DNA from: an uncultured Flavobacteriales bacterium
Lineage (GTDB): Bacteria; Bacteroidota; Bacteroidia; Flavobacteriales; BACL11
Direction of reading: 5' to 3'
DNA length: 64,000 nt
Assembly: GCA_905181585.1 (NCBI GenBank)
Contig: CAJIYG010000005.1
Span: forward strand, 32,615-96,614
Shown: in pieces, positions 18,178-27,293 of the stretch
How positions within the stretch are numbered: the first letter of the stretch is position 1
Layout of the letters: every line of letters begins with the position of its first letter
Program-made: the position numbers and the translations under genes
The notes under the pieces: model-generated
Database searches by the model: none
Told to the model about the DNA's origin: nothing
The model's input: only the letters and a program-made list of their open reading frames with translations

Positions 18178-19524
18178 TTAATTTAACTTTTTAATGAAAT
18201 CGTTAATTGTGACATTCTCTTGAAAACCGTTAGACATATCTTTAACACTAATAAGACCTGTTTTTATCTCATCTTCACCAATCATTACAACATAATCAAA
18301 ACTTTTATTGTTTGCATACGTCATTTGCTTTTTAATCTTTGTAGAATCAGGATAAATTTCAGAAATTATACCAACTTTTCTTAGTTTTTGAATAATTGGT
18401 AAACACTCTACAGCTTCTTCCTTACCAAAATTAATAAACATTACACTTGTATCTTTATCTATTTGATCATTAAACAATCCAAGTTCTTCCATTACTAAAT
18501 AAATCCTATCTATCCCAAATGAAATACCAAGCCCAGATAATTTATTGTTACCAAAAACACTAGTAAGATTGTCATATCTTCCTCCACCCGCTATACTACC
18601 AATTTTTAAATCTTTAGTAATAACTTCAAAAATACATCCAGTGTAATAATCTAGTCCTCTTGCAAGTGTAATATTAAAAACAATTTCACATGATTTAAGA
18701 CCAATTTTATTAATACTATCAAAAATAAATTTTAAGTCATCTAATCCATTTTTTGATGAATCAGTATCTGATAAAAGGATCTCAAGATCAGCTATACTTT
18801 TACAGTTAACAAAATCATCAAGAATTTCACATGATTGCTTAGTTACTCCTTTAGCAATTATTTCTTTTTTAACATTATCAAAACCTATTTTATCAATCTT
18901 ATCTAAAGCAATAACAATATCATTAAAATATTCTTTAGCCAGCATCTTATTAACCATTGCAACTAAAACCTTTCTATTATTAATAAATATTTTAACGTTT
19001 GGAATATTTAATGAAGTAAAAACATCATCAGTTAATTGAATTAACTCAATTTCACTTAAAAGAGAATTTGAACCTACAATATCAACATCACATTGAAAAA
19101 ACTCTCTAAATCTACCCTTTTGAGGTCTATCAGCTCGCCAAACATTTTGCATTTGATATCTCTTAAAAGGAAAGGTTAATTTTTCTTGATTTTGCACAAC
19201 AAATCTTGCAAAAGGGACCGTTAGATCATAGCGAAGTGCCTTTGAAGCTATTTTATTAGAAATATTTTGTGAAGTTACATTTTCGTCTAACTGAATATCT
19301 TTTAAATAATCGCCAGAATTTAAAACTTTGAAAATTAACCTATCTCCTTCATCACCATATTTTCCAGTAAGAGTCTGAATATTCTCCATTGCTGGAGTTT
19401 CAATAGGAGAATAACCATAACTTTTAAAAATGCTTTTAACATTTTTAAATATAAATTCTCTTCTAAACATAACTTCTGAAGTAAAATCTCTTGTCCCTTT
19501 AGGAATTGACGGTTTTATTCTCAT
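18178..19524 (-). CDS. hisS: Histidine--tRNA ligase
   Basis: Class II aaRS motifs RDLTVPFARF, FREFFQCDVDI and GGGRYDNL, with a C-terminal anticodon-binding domain. It ends directly against the hutH start. Confidence 0.9.
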   Translation of the reverse strand: MRIKPSIPKGTRDFTSEVMFRREFIFKNVKSIFKSYGYSPIETPAMENIQTLTGKYGDEGDRLIFKVLNSGDYLKDIQLDENVTSQNISNKIASKALRYDLTVPFARFVVQNQEKLTFPFKRYQMQNVWRADRPQKGRFREFFQCDVDIVGSNSLLSEIELIQLTDDVFTSLNIPNVKIFINNRKVLVAMVNKMLAKEYFNDIVIALDKIDKIGFDNVKKEIIAKGVTKQSCEILDDFVNCKSIADLEILLSDTDSSKNGLDDLKFIFDSINKIGLKSCEIVFNITLARGLDYYTGCIFEVITKDLKIGSIAGGGRYDNLTSVFGNNKLSGLGISFGIDRIYLVMEELGLFNDQIDKDTSVMFINFGKEEAVECLPIIQKLRKVGIISEIYPDSTKIKKQMTYANNKSFDYVVMIGEDEIKTGLISVKDMSNGFQENVTINDFIKKLN

Positions 19525-19565
19525 AACAAATGCAAATATCGTAAAATATTATTGATAAAAATTGG

Positions 19566-19573
19566 TAGATTTG
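19566..19573 (+). promoter_or_regulatory. -7 promoter box (TAGATTTG) only 5 nt before the listed ATG
   Basis: Exact TAnnTTTG. The ATG at 19578 is 5 nt after the G, so the transcript would be leaderless, or the ATG at 19587 is the real start. Confidence 0.35.
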
Positions 19574-19577
19574 TCTT

Positions 19578-20033
19578 ATGCGATTAATGATAACTTTTTT
19601 AATTATCTTTTCATCCTGCGACATGAACAAATCAGATAAAAACCTAAAACAAGAACAGATTGAAATTGAAGCAATAAAAGAAATACTAACGACACAACAA
19701 AATTATTGGAACAATGGAGATATAGATGGATTCATGCTAGGCTATTGGAATTCAAAAGATTTAGTTTTCACTTCATTAAAGCATGAACCAACATATGGGT
19801 GGCAAGCTACACTTGAAAGGTATAAAATTAGTTATCCCACAAAATCTAAAATGGGTAATCTAAAATTTCAAATATTAAATACAAAATTAACAACATTAAA
19901 AACAGCTACACTTAAAGGGAAATGGGAGCTTATCAGAAAAGAAGACAATCCTAAAGGTATGTTTTGGTTAGAACTTGAAAAATTTAATACAAAGTGGTTA
20001 ATTACAAAAGACTCTACACTATCATTTGAATGA
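19578..20033 (+). CDS. Exported SnoaL/NTF2-like (DUF4440-like) protein
   Basis: 151 aa with a lipoprotein-like N-terminus (IIFSSC). The Q..WN.GD.D.F pattern is typical of NTF2-like folds. Weak call. Confidence 0.4.
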   Translation: MRLMITFLIIFSSCDMNKSDKNLKQEQIEIEAIKEILTTQQNYWNNGDIDGFMLGYWNSKDLVFTSLKHEPTYGWQATLERYKISYPTKSKMGNLKFQILNTKLTTLKTATLKGKWELIRKEDNPKGMFWLELEKFNTKWLITKDSTLSFE

Positions 20034-20881
20034 TGAAAAACTATTTATCACTAATAAAATTTAGTCATACAATTTTTGCAATGCCATTTGCATTAATAGG
20101 TTTTTTTCTTGCCTGCCAAGATTTTGAATTCGAGATAATCAAATTATTTTATGTTATTACTTGCATGATTTTAGCACGTTCTTCTGCTATGGCATTTAAT
20201 AGATATATTGATAGAGAAATTGACAAAAAAAATATTAGAACAGCAGAAATAAGAGAAATCCCTAACGGAACTATTAAAGCTAAAAATGCTTTAATTTTTG
20301 TAATAATTAACTCTATTTTATTTGTAATTGTTACATATTTTATTAATACTATCTGTTTTTACTTATCACCTGTTGCACTATTAATTATTCTTGGCTATAG
20401 TTATACTAAAAGATTTACTTCTTTATGCCATATAATACTTGGCTTGGGTCTTTCATTGTCTCCAATTGGAGCATATTTAGCAGTTGCTGGACAATTTGAT
20501 CTTACTCCTTTATTAATGTCATTTTTAGTCTTATTTTGGGTAAGTGGTTTTGATATAATTTATTCTCTTCAAGATAAAGAATTTGATGAAAATAATAACT
20601 TAAATTCAATACCTGTATTATTAGGAGTTAAAAAAGGATTGTGGTTTTCAAGATTTTTACATTTAATCGCTATTGTTTTAATTATTGTAATTGGTTCGCA
20701 AAATAATTTTCAATATTTCTATTGGATAGGATCTTTACTTTTTATTGGACTATTATTTTTACAACATAGTATTATTAAAGAGGATGATTTTTCCAAAATT
20801 AATATAGCTTTTTTCACAACTAATGGAGTAGCTTCAATTATATTTTGTGTTTTTGTTTTACTAGATATTTTTATTAATTAA
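20030..20881 (+). CDS. UbiA family aromatic prenyltransferase (4-hydroxybenzoate polyprenyltransferase-like)
   Basis: Polytopic membrane protein. The first Asp-rich motif is NRYIDREID and the second is YSLQDKEFD. There is a 4-nt ATGA overlap with the upstream ORF. Confidence 0.75.
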   Translation: MMKNYLSLIKFSHTIFAMPFALIGFFLACQDFEFEIIKLFYVITCMILARSSAMAFNRYIDREIDKKNIRTAEIREIPNGTIKAKNALIFVIINSILFVIVTYFINTICFYLSPVALLIILGYSYTKRFTSLCHIILGLGLSLSPIGAYLAVAGQFDLTPLLMSFLVLFWVSGFDIIYSLQDKEFDENNNLNSIPVLLGVKKGLWFSRFLHLIAIVLIIVIGSQNNFQYFYWIGSLLFIGLLFLQHSIIKEDDFSKINIAFFTTNGVASIIFCVFVLLDIFIN

Positions 20882-20883
20882 CA

Positions 20884-22284
20884 TTATAAAAAAATCTTTC
20901 CAGGATTTAATATATGTTTTGGATCAAAAACTTTTTTAATTTCTTTTTGTAAAGAAATCGCTTTAGATGAAAATGCAATATCCATATATTTTTTTTGCAC
21001 AAAACCAATTCCATGTTCACCGCTAATTGTGCCCCCCAAATTTTTAGTGAGTTTAAATATTTCTCGGATTCCATATTCTAAATCATTTTCCCATTTTTCA
21101 TCAGACATTGATCCTTTAATGATATTGATATGTAAGTTTCCATCACCAGCGTGACCATAACACACTGAAGAAAATCCATATTTCGTTCCAATTTCTTTTA
21201 CTCCAGACAATAGTTTTGGTAACTCTGCTCGTGGTACAACAGTATCTTCTTCTTTATAAATAGAATTTAATTTCACTGCCTCTCCTATTGATCTTCTAAG
21301 TTTCCAAATTCGATCTTTTTGACTTTGATTATCAGCAAGTAAAATATCACCACAATTAAACTCTTGCATAACAGAAGATATTTTCTCACAATCTAAATAA
21401 AGTTCTTCAATACTCTCACCATCTACCTCAATAAGTAAATGAGCTTTTGTTTCATTTTTAATTTCTATTGAAACATCAGTAAATTTTATTGCCCAATCAA
21501 TTGCATCCCTTTCTATAAATTCAAGAGCTGAAGGAGTTATTCCAGCTCTAAAAACTGCTGAAACTGCACTACAAGCATTTTCTGACGAATTAAAAGGAAC
21601 AAGAATTGTAATATCTTTTTTTGGAAGTGAAATCAACTTAAATACAATTTTTGTTATTACTCCAAGAGTTCCCTCACTTCCAATTAATAATTGAGTTAAA
21701 TTGTATCCAGTAGCATTTTTTAAAACATTTGCACCCGTCCATATTACTTCTCCAGAAGCTAAAACAACTTCTAGATTTAAAACATAATCTTTTGTTACTC
21801 CATACTTAAGAGCCTTGGGGCCACCAGCATTCTCCGATACATTGCCACCAAGAAAAGAACTTCCTTTGCTTGCAGGATCTGGAGGATAAAATAAGTTTTT
21901 ACTTTCAACTGCATTTCTGAAGTCTTGATTAATAACTCCAGGCTCTACAGTGGCTTGTAGATTTCTTTCATCAATTTCAATAATAGAATTAAATTTTTCT
22001 AAACTCAAAGCTACACCACCAAAAACTGGTAAAGAGCCTCCACTTAATCCAGTTCTGGCTCCACATGCAGTAACTGGTATACAATTATCATTACAATATG
22101 AAAGAATCCTAGACACATCTTGAGTTACAGAGGGTTTTAAAACAACTTCAGGAGGAAAAATCAAATCTTCAGTTTGATCTTTAGAGTATAAGTCAATACT
22201 TTGATCATTATATAAAACATTGATATCTCCTAAAATATTAATGAAGTCTTTAATGTGATTATCTGAAATTTTAGTGTATTTCAT
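20884..22284 (-). CDS. FAD-linked oxidase (GlcD / D-lactate dehydrogenase-like)
   Basis: 466 aa. FAD-binding PCMH domain (ARTGLSGGS, GSEGTLGVIT) and a C-terminal GEHGIG motif. Confidence 0.75.
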   Translation of the reverse strand: MKYTKISDNHIKDFINILGDINVLYNDQSIDLYSKDQTEDLIFPPEVVLKPSVTQDVSRILSYCNDNCIPVTACGARTGLSGGSLPVFGGVALSLEKFNSIIEIDERNLQATVEPGVINQDFRNAVESKNLFYPPDPASKGSSFLGGNVSENAGGPKALKYGVTKDYVLNLEVVLASGEVIWTGANVLKNATGYNLTQLLIGSEGTLGVITKIVFKLISLPKKDITILVPFNSSENACSAVSAVFRAGITPSALEFIERDAIDWAIKFTDVSIEIKNETKAHLLIEVDGESIEELYLDCEKISSVMQEFNCGDILLADNQSQKDRIWKLRRSIGEAVKLNSIYKEEDTVVPRAELPKLLSGVKEIGTKYGFSSVCYGHAGDGNLHINIIKGSMSDEKWENDLEYGIREIFKLTKNLGGTISGEHGIGFVQKKYMDIAFSSKAISLQKEIKKVFDPKHILNPGKIFL

Positions 22285-22339
22285 ATTAGAGATATTTTGA
22301 TCAAATTTAAGTAAATTAGCAAATCATTAAACAAGAAGA

Positions 22340-24493
22340 ATGAGAAAAATTACATTACTATTTTTAAGTATATTATTATGCCTTTTAACAAATGCTCAAA
22401 AAAAAGATATTTCTTTAGAAGAAATATTGATAGAATATTCTCTTTTTCCAAAAGGTTTTAGTAATTTAAAATCTATGAATAGTGGTGAGCATTACTCAAT
22501 TTTAAAAAAAGTAGATGATCATCAAGAAATAATAAAATATAACTTCAAAGATGGATCAGTTGTTAGACCAATTTTTAATAGCTCCGATTTTAAAATAAAA
22601 AGAATTTCTAATTATTCGTTTAGTGACAATGAAAAACTTATTTTACTTGCGACCGAAACAGAATCTATTTATAGATATTCCAAAAGGGCAAAGTACTTTG
22701 TTTTTAATGTTCATAATAATAAAATTAAAGAAGTTCACGAAGAAAAAATTAGATATCCAAAATTTTCTCCTGATGGTACTAAAATTGCCTATGTATTAAA
22801 TAATAATTTATTTATTAAAAATATTAAAAATGGTAAAACAACTCAAGTATCAAATGATGGAAAAGAAAATCACATTATAAATGGTGCTTCAGATTGGGTT
22901 TATGAAGAAGAATTTAAATTAGTTAGAGGTTTTGAATGGTCATCTAATGGAAAATCTATTGCCTACTATAAGTTTGATGAATCTCATGTAAAAGAATTTT
23001 CTATGGACCGTTTTACTAACGAATTATATCCACAACAACAAGTATTTAAATACCCTAAAGCAGGTGAGAAAAACTCAACAGTCAATATTTACTTATTTGA
23101 TATTAATAAAAATAAAAATACTCTTATTTACACTGAAAAAGATTATGAATATATTCCAAGAATTAAATGGACTAATGATCCAAATATTCTATCTGTAGTT
23201 GGTTTAAATAGGCATCAAAATGAACTAGACTTTATTTTAGTAGATGCAAAAGATGCTTCAAATAAAATTTTATTTAGTGAAAAAGATAAATACTACATTG
23301 ATATAAATGATAATTTAACCTTCTTACCTAACAATTATTTTATTTGGACTTCAGAAAAAAGTGGATATAATCATTTGTACTTAAAAGGTTTAGATGGAAG
23401 TGAAGAACAATTAACTAAAGGTTCATGGGAAGTTACATCTTTTGATGGTCTTGATAGTGATAAAATGCAGGTTTTCTACAGATCAACTCAGGAAGGATCA
23501 ATAAATAGAACATTATATGTTTTAGATTTAGATAGTGGGATAACTAAAAAATTAAGTAAAGATTTAGGAACAAATTCTGTTAACTTTAGTAAAGGAATGA
23601 AGTATTATATTAACTCTTTTTCAGATGCTAATACTCCGCCAATATATTCACTTTTTAAATCAGATGGAACGCTAATAAAAGTTTTAGAAGACAATTTAGA
23701 GTTCAATAAAAAAATGAATAATTATAATCTTAGTAAAAAAGAATTTTCTGTAATATACACAGATAATGCCGACCTTAACAGTTGGGTAATTAAACCACCT
23801 AATTTTAATAAAAATAAAAAATATCCACTATTTATGTTTTTATATGGAGGCCCAGGCTCACAAAAAGTTCTTAATCAATTTGATAGCGGAAATTATTTCT
23901 GGTATCAAATGTTAGCACAAAATGGGTATGTGGTTGCTTGTGTTGACAATAGAGGCACTGGAGGAAAAGGAGCAGAATTTAAAAAAATGACGTATAAAGA
24001 ATTAGGTAAATATGAAACAATTGATCAAATTGATGCAGCAAAATATTTTGGAGGACTAAGCTATATTGATAGTAGTAGAATTGGTATTCAAGGATGGAGC
24101 TATGGGGGCTACATGTCTTCTTTAGCCATTACTAAAGGAGCTGAAACTTTTAAACTAGCTATTGCTGTTGCTCCTGTTACAAACTGGAGATATTATGACA
24201 ATATTTACACGGAAAGATATATGCAAACACCAAAAGAAAATACTTCAGGATATGATGATAATTCACCTATTAATCATGTGGAAAAACTTAAAGGAAAATA
24301 TTTACTTATTCACGGAACAGCCGATGATAATGTTCATGTTCAAAATACATATGAAATGGCTAAGGCATTAGTAAAAGCTAATAAACAATTTGACCTATTT
24401 ATATACCCTGATAAAAACCATGGTATATATGGAGGTATAACAAGATATCATTTATATAAGAAAATGACAGATTTTATTTATGATAATTTATAA
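22340..24493 (+). CDS. Dipeptidyl-peptidase IV (S9B serine peptidase)
   Basis: Signal peptide and beta-propeller region (DWVYEEEF). Catalytic GWSYGGY, and HGTADDNVH supplies the Asp of the triad. Confidence 0.85.
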   Translation: MRKITLLFLSILLCLLTNAQKKDISLEEILIEYSLFPKGFSNLKSMNSGEHYSILKKVDDHQEIIKYNFKDGSVVRPIFNSSDFKIKRISNYSFSDNEKLILLATETESIYRYSKRAKYFVFNVHNNKIKEVHEEKIRYPKFSPDGTKIAYVLNNNLFIKNIKNGKTTQVSNDGKENHIINGASDWVYEEEFKLVRGFEWSSNGKSIAYYKFDESHVKEFSMDRFTNELYPQQQVFKYPKAGEKNSTVNIYLFDINKNKNTLIYTEKDYEYIPRIKWTNDPNILSVVGLNRHQNELDFILVDAKDASNKILFSEKDKYYIDINDNLTFLPNNYFIWTSEKSGYNHLYLKGLDGSEEQLTKGSWEVTSFDGLDSDKMQVFYRSTQEGSINRTLYVLDLDSGITKKLSKDLGTNSVNFSKGMKYYINSFSDANTPPIYSLFKSDGTLIKVLEDNLEFNKKMNNYNLSKKEFSVIYTDNADLNSWVIKPPNFNKNKKYPLFMFLYGGPGSQKVLNQFDSGNYFWYQMLAQNGYVVACVDNRGTGGKGAEFKKMTYKELGKYETIDQIDAAKYFGGLSYIDSSRIGIQGWSYGGYMSSLAITKGAETFKLAIAVAPVTNWRYYDNIYTERYMQTPKENTSGYDDNSPINHVEKLKGKYLLIHGTADDNVHVQNTYEMAKALVKANKQFDLFIYPDKNHGIYGGITRYHLYKKMTDFIYDNL

Positions 24494-24539
24494 TTCTTTT
24501 TTATTAAATTCGGCATCTTAAATTAATCTCTAATAAATT

Positions 24540-26138
24540 ATGATTCAATTAATTGGTTACATCCTTTTCACAGCGGCAATATTATTTATAGCAAAGACCT
24601 ACTTAGATAAGAAAGGTCATCCAAAAGCATTATTCTATTTGTTTTTTGCTGAAATGTGGGAGAGATTCTCATTTTATGGCATGCGAGCACTTCTAACTCT
24701 TTATCTTATAAAAGACTATTATGCTCAAGTTGAAAATAATGAAGAAATTGCATATGGTATTTATGCTGCATATGGTGCATTAGTTTATTTAACTCCTTTA
24801 CTTGGTGGATATTTAGCTGATAAGTATATAGGGTACAGAAAATCAATATTATTTGGAGGTGTTTTAATGGCCTTGGGCCACTTCTTTATGGCATTCCCAA
24901 CAGACTTCTTTTTTTACGGCGCACTTGGATTACTAATAATGGGTAATGGCTTCTTTAAACCAAATATTTCAACACTTGTAGGGTCTCTCTACGAAGAAGG
25001 AGATATTAAGAGAGATGGTGGCTTTACAATATTTTATATGGGTATTAATCTAGGAGCGATGATTGCTCCTCTATTTTGTGGATACTTAGGAGAAGTTTAT
25101 GGATGGCATTATGGATTTGGTGCTGCAGGAATTGGTATGCTTGCAGGACTTGTTGTTTTTTGGAAAGGAATACAAGCAAATGTTTTAGGTGACAAAGGAT
25201 TGCAACCAGTTGAATATATTAATAAAAAAGTATCTGGGATATCTATAACTAACATTGTTTATTTAATTGGTTTTATTCTTGTTCCAGTTTTTGCTTACTT
25301 AATAGTTTTAGATACTCAATCACAAATTTTAGGAAATGTACTTTCTATTGTTGGTTTACTAGTTCTTGCTTATGTTTCGTATATAATTTTTGACTATAAA
25401 GTTCTTAAAAAAGATCATCAAAGTGGTGATAGATTAATTGCATTAATGATTCTAGCTGTTTTCTGTACAATTTTCTGGGCTTGTTTTGAGCAAGCAGGAA
25501 GTTCTATAACTGTATGGGTAGACAAATGTGTTAATCTAGTTGGAATGAATGCTTCACAAACAAATGCAATAAACCCCGCATATATAGTTTTACTTGCTAT
25601 TCCTTTTAGTTGGATGTGGACAAAACTTGGATTTTTAAATAAAAACCCAAATACTCCTATGAAATTTGCTTTAGGTATCTTTCAGTTAGGTTTAGGTTTC
25701 TTAATATTTGCAGCTACTGCACATTTTATTGGAGATAATGGAAAGGTTCCTTTCATATTTGTTTTTCTTGGTTATTTCTTAATTACAACAGGAGAACTAT
25801 TTTTATCTCCTATCGGACTCTCAAAAGTAACAGAATTATCTCCTAAAAGAATTGCGGCATTTATGATGGGTGTTTGGTTCTTATCATCAACTTTTGCTCA
25901 TTATATTTCAGGAGAAATTGCAAAATTAACAACAAGTGGATCAAGTACTGAGAGTAATTGGCTTTCAGATTTATCCAATTGGTTTATGGGAAACCCAGAT
26001 ACCACAAATGAAGCAGTTGCAACTCTTTTACAATATAATAGCATTTACGGACAAATTGGTTTTGTCACAATATTTATTGCTATTTTCGTTGTTATATTAT
26101 CACCATTCATAAAAAAATTAATGCACGGATTACACTAA
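24540..26138 (+). CDS. Proton-dependent oligopeptide transporter (POT/PTR2, DtpT-like)
   Basis: The PTR2 signature FAEMWERFSFYGMRALL, GGYLADKY.G and FKPNIS motifs are all present. Confidence 0.85.
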   Translation: MIQLIGYILFTAAILFIAKTYLDKKGHPKALFYLFFAEMWERFSFYGMRALLTLYLIKDYYAQVENNEEIAYGIYAAYGALVYLTPLLGGYLADKYIGYRKSILFGGVLMALGHFFMAFPTDFFFYGALGLLIMGNGFFKPNISTLVGSLYEEGDIKRDGGFTIFYMGINLGAMIAPLFCGYLGEVYGWHYGFGAAGIGMLAGLVVFWKGIQANVLGDKGLQPVEYINKKVSGISITNIVYLIGFILVPVFAYLIVLDTQSQILGNVLSIVGLLVLAYVSYIIFDYKVLKKDHQSGDRLIALMILAVFCTIFWACFEQAGSSITVWVDKCVNLVGMNASQTNAINPAYIVLLAIPFSWMWTKLGFLNKNPNTPMKFALGIFQLGLGFLIFAATAHFIGDNGKVPFIFVFLGYFLITTGELFLSPIGLSKVTELSPKRIAAFMMGVWFLSSTFAHYISGEIAKLTTSGSSTESNWLSDLSNWFMGNPDTTNEAVATLLQYNSIYGQIGFVTIFIAIFVVILSPFIKKLMHGLH

Positions 26139-26140
26139 AA

Positions 26141-26617
26141 ATGAAAAAAATGAAAAAAATATTATTATCACTTTGTCTACTATTATCTATAAATAGTTTT
26201 AGCCAAGAAAACGATTTAGTCTGGCATACAGATGTAAATAAAGCCATTGAAATTTCTATAGAAACAGAAAAACCTTTGTTCTTCTTTTTTACTGGAAGCG
26301 ATTGGTGTGGTTGGTGTATAAGACTGCAAAAAGAAGTTTTTTTTAAATCTGAATTTGTGAAATGGGCTAAACAAAATTTAACTTTAGTTGAACTAGATTT
26401 TCCAAGAAAAACTAAATTATCCGATGAATTACAAAAACAAAATAGAGAATTAGGAAAAATGTTTGGAGTAAGAGGTTATCCTACAGGATGGTTTGTAATT
26501 CCTGAAATCACAGATGGTAAAGTAAATTTCAACAAACTTGGTTCTCAAGGTTATGTAGCTGGAGGTCCTGATAAATGGATTGCTGGTGGCAATAAAATTT
26601 TATCCAATAAAAAATAA
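26141..26617 (+). CDS. Exported thioredoxin-like protein (Thioredoxin_7 / DUF255-like)
   Basis: Signal peptide. FFFFTGSDWCGWCIRLQKEVF contains a CGWC redox centre. Confidence 0.7.
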   Translation: MKKMKKILLSLCLLLSINSFSQENDLVWHTDVNKAIEISIETEKPLFFFFTGSDWCGWCIRLQKEVFFKSEFVKWAKQNLTLVELDFPRKTKLSDELQKQNRELGKMFGVRGYPTGWFVIPEITDGKVNFNKLGSQGYVAGGPDKWIAGGNKILSNKK

Positions 26618-26628
26618 TAATTAGATAT

Positions 26629-27114
26629 ATGAAAAAGATATTTTTCTTTATTGTTTTAATCTTTCCAAGTTTAATCTTTTCACAAGGTCAAAGCAAAGCT
26701 ACTATAGATTGGATCCCTATGACCTCAGCTGAAAAATGGTCTGCAAAGTATGACAGAGAAGTGCTAATATTTTTCTATAGAAAAGGATGTGATTATTGTG
26801 AAAGAATGAAAAAAGAAGTTCTAAGTGACCCATTAGTAATAAAGACAATAAATGAAAATTTTCTTCCTGTAATGTTAGATGGGAAAAGTAAAAAACCTAT
26901 AATTTTTAATGGAAAAGAATATGTAAATGACCATCCTTTTGAAGAAGATGCACCTTGGAGGCACAATCTTTTCTTTGAGTTAGTTAGTCCCACAAATGGA
27001 AACTTTTATTGGCCAAATATTGTTATCCTTAATAGCAAACTAGAAAAAAGAGCCCAGTTCCCAGGCTTCCAATCAAAACCGCTTCTAATGCGAAACTTAA
27101 AAAGATTTTTATAA
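26629..27114 (+). CDS. Exported thioredoxin-fold protein with CDYC centre
   Basis: Signal peptide. LIFFYRKGCDYCERMKKEV is analogous to the upstream paralogue. Confidence 0.55.
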   Translation: MKKIFFFIVLIFPSLIFSQGQSKATIDWIPMTSAEKWSAKYDREVLIFFYRKGCDYCERMKKEVLSDPLVIKTINENFLPVMLDGKSKKPIIFNGKEYVNDHPFEEDAPWRHNLFFELVSPTNGNFYWPNIVILNSKLEKRAQFPGFQSKPLLMRNLKRFL

Positions 27115-27117
27115 AAT

Positions 27118-27147
27118 AAAAAAGAGAGTTAAATAACTCTCTTTTTT
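27118..27147. terminator. Bidirectional Rho-independent terminator
   Basis: A 13-bp perfect stem, AAAAAAGAGAGTT - AAAT - AACTCTCTTTTTT, lies between convergent units (the Trx-like gene and tRNA-His). It has an A-run on one side and a T-run on the other. Confidence 0.75.
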
Positions 27148-27155
27148 ATTAAATG

Positions 27156-27230
27156 GGTGACTGATGGGATTCGAACCCACGACCCCCGGCACCACAAACC
27201 AGTGCTCTAACCAACTGAGCTACAATCACC
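27156..27230 (-). tRNA. tRNA-His (anticodon GTG) with genomically encoded G-1
   Basis: Folded by hand on the minus strand: G-1; acceptor GTGATTG/CAGTCAC; D arm GCTC-AGTTGGTTA-GAGC; anticodon arm CTGGT-TTGTGGT-GCCGG (two G-U pairs); T arm GTGGG-TTCGAAT-CCCAT; discriminator C. CCA is not encoded. Confidence 0.85.
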
Positions 27231-27242
27231 ATTTTAGGTCTG

Positions 27243-27250
27243 CAAATATA
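27243..27250 (-). promoter_or_regulatory. -7 promoter box (TATATTTG) for tRNA-His
   Basis: Exact TAnnTTTG on the minus strand. The G is 13 nt upstream of the tRNA G-1. Confidence 0.45.
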
Positions 27251-27281
27251 TATTTTTAATCTTTAAATTGAAATTTCTATT

Positions 27282-27289
27282 TATATTTG
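27282..27289 (+). promoter_or_regulatory. -7 promoter box (TATATTTG) for copA
   Basis: Exact TAnnTTTG. The copA ATG at 27294 begins 5 nt after the G, so the mRNA may be leaderless. Confidence 0.4.
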
Positions 27290-27293
27290 TTGT

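Noticed and set aside
16561-27230. hutH, hisS and tRNA-His occurring within about 10 kb as a possible histidine-related regulon
   Set aside because: hutH and hisS are adjacent, but the tRNA is 7.6 kb away behind unrelated genes and has its own promoter and terminator. I found no T-box, attenuator or shared regulatory motif, so the clustering is most likely coincidence.
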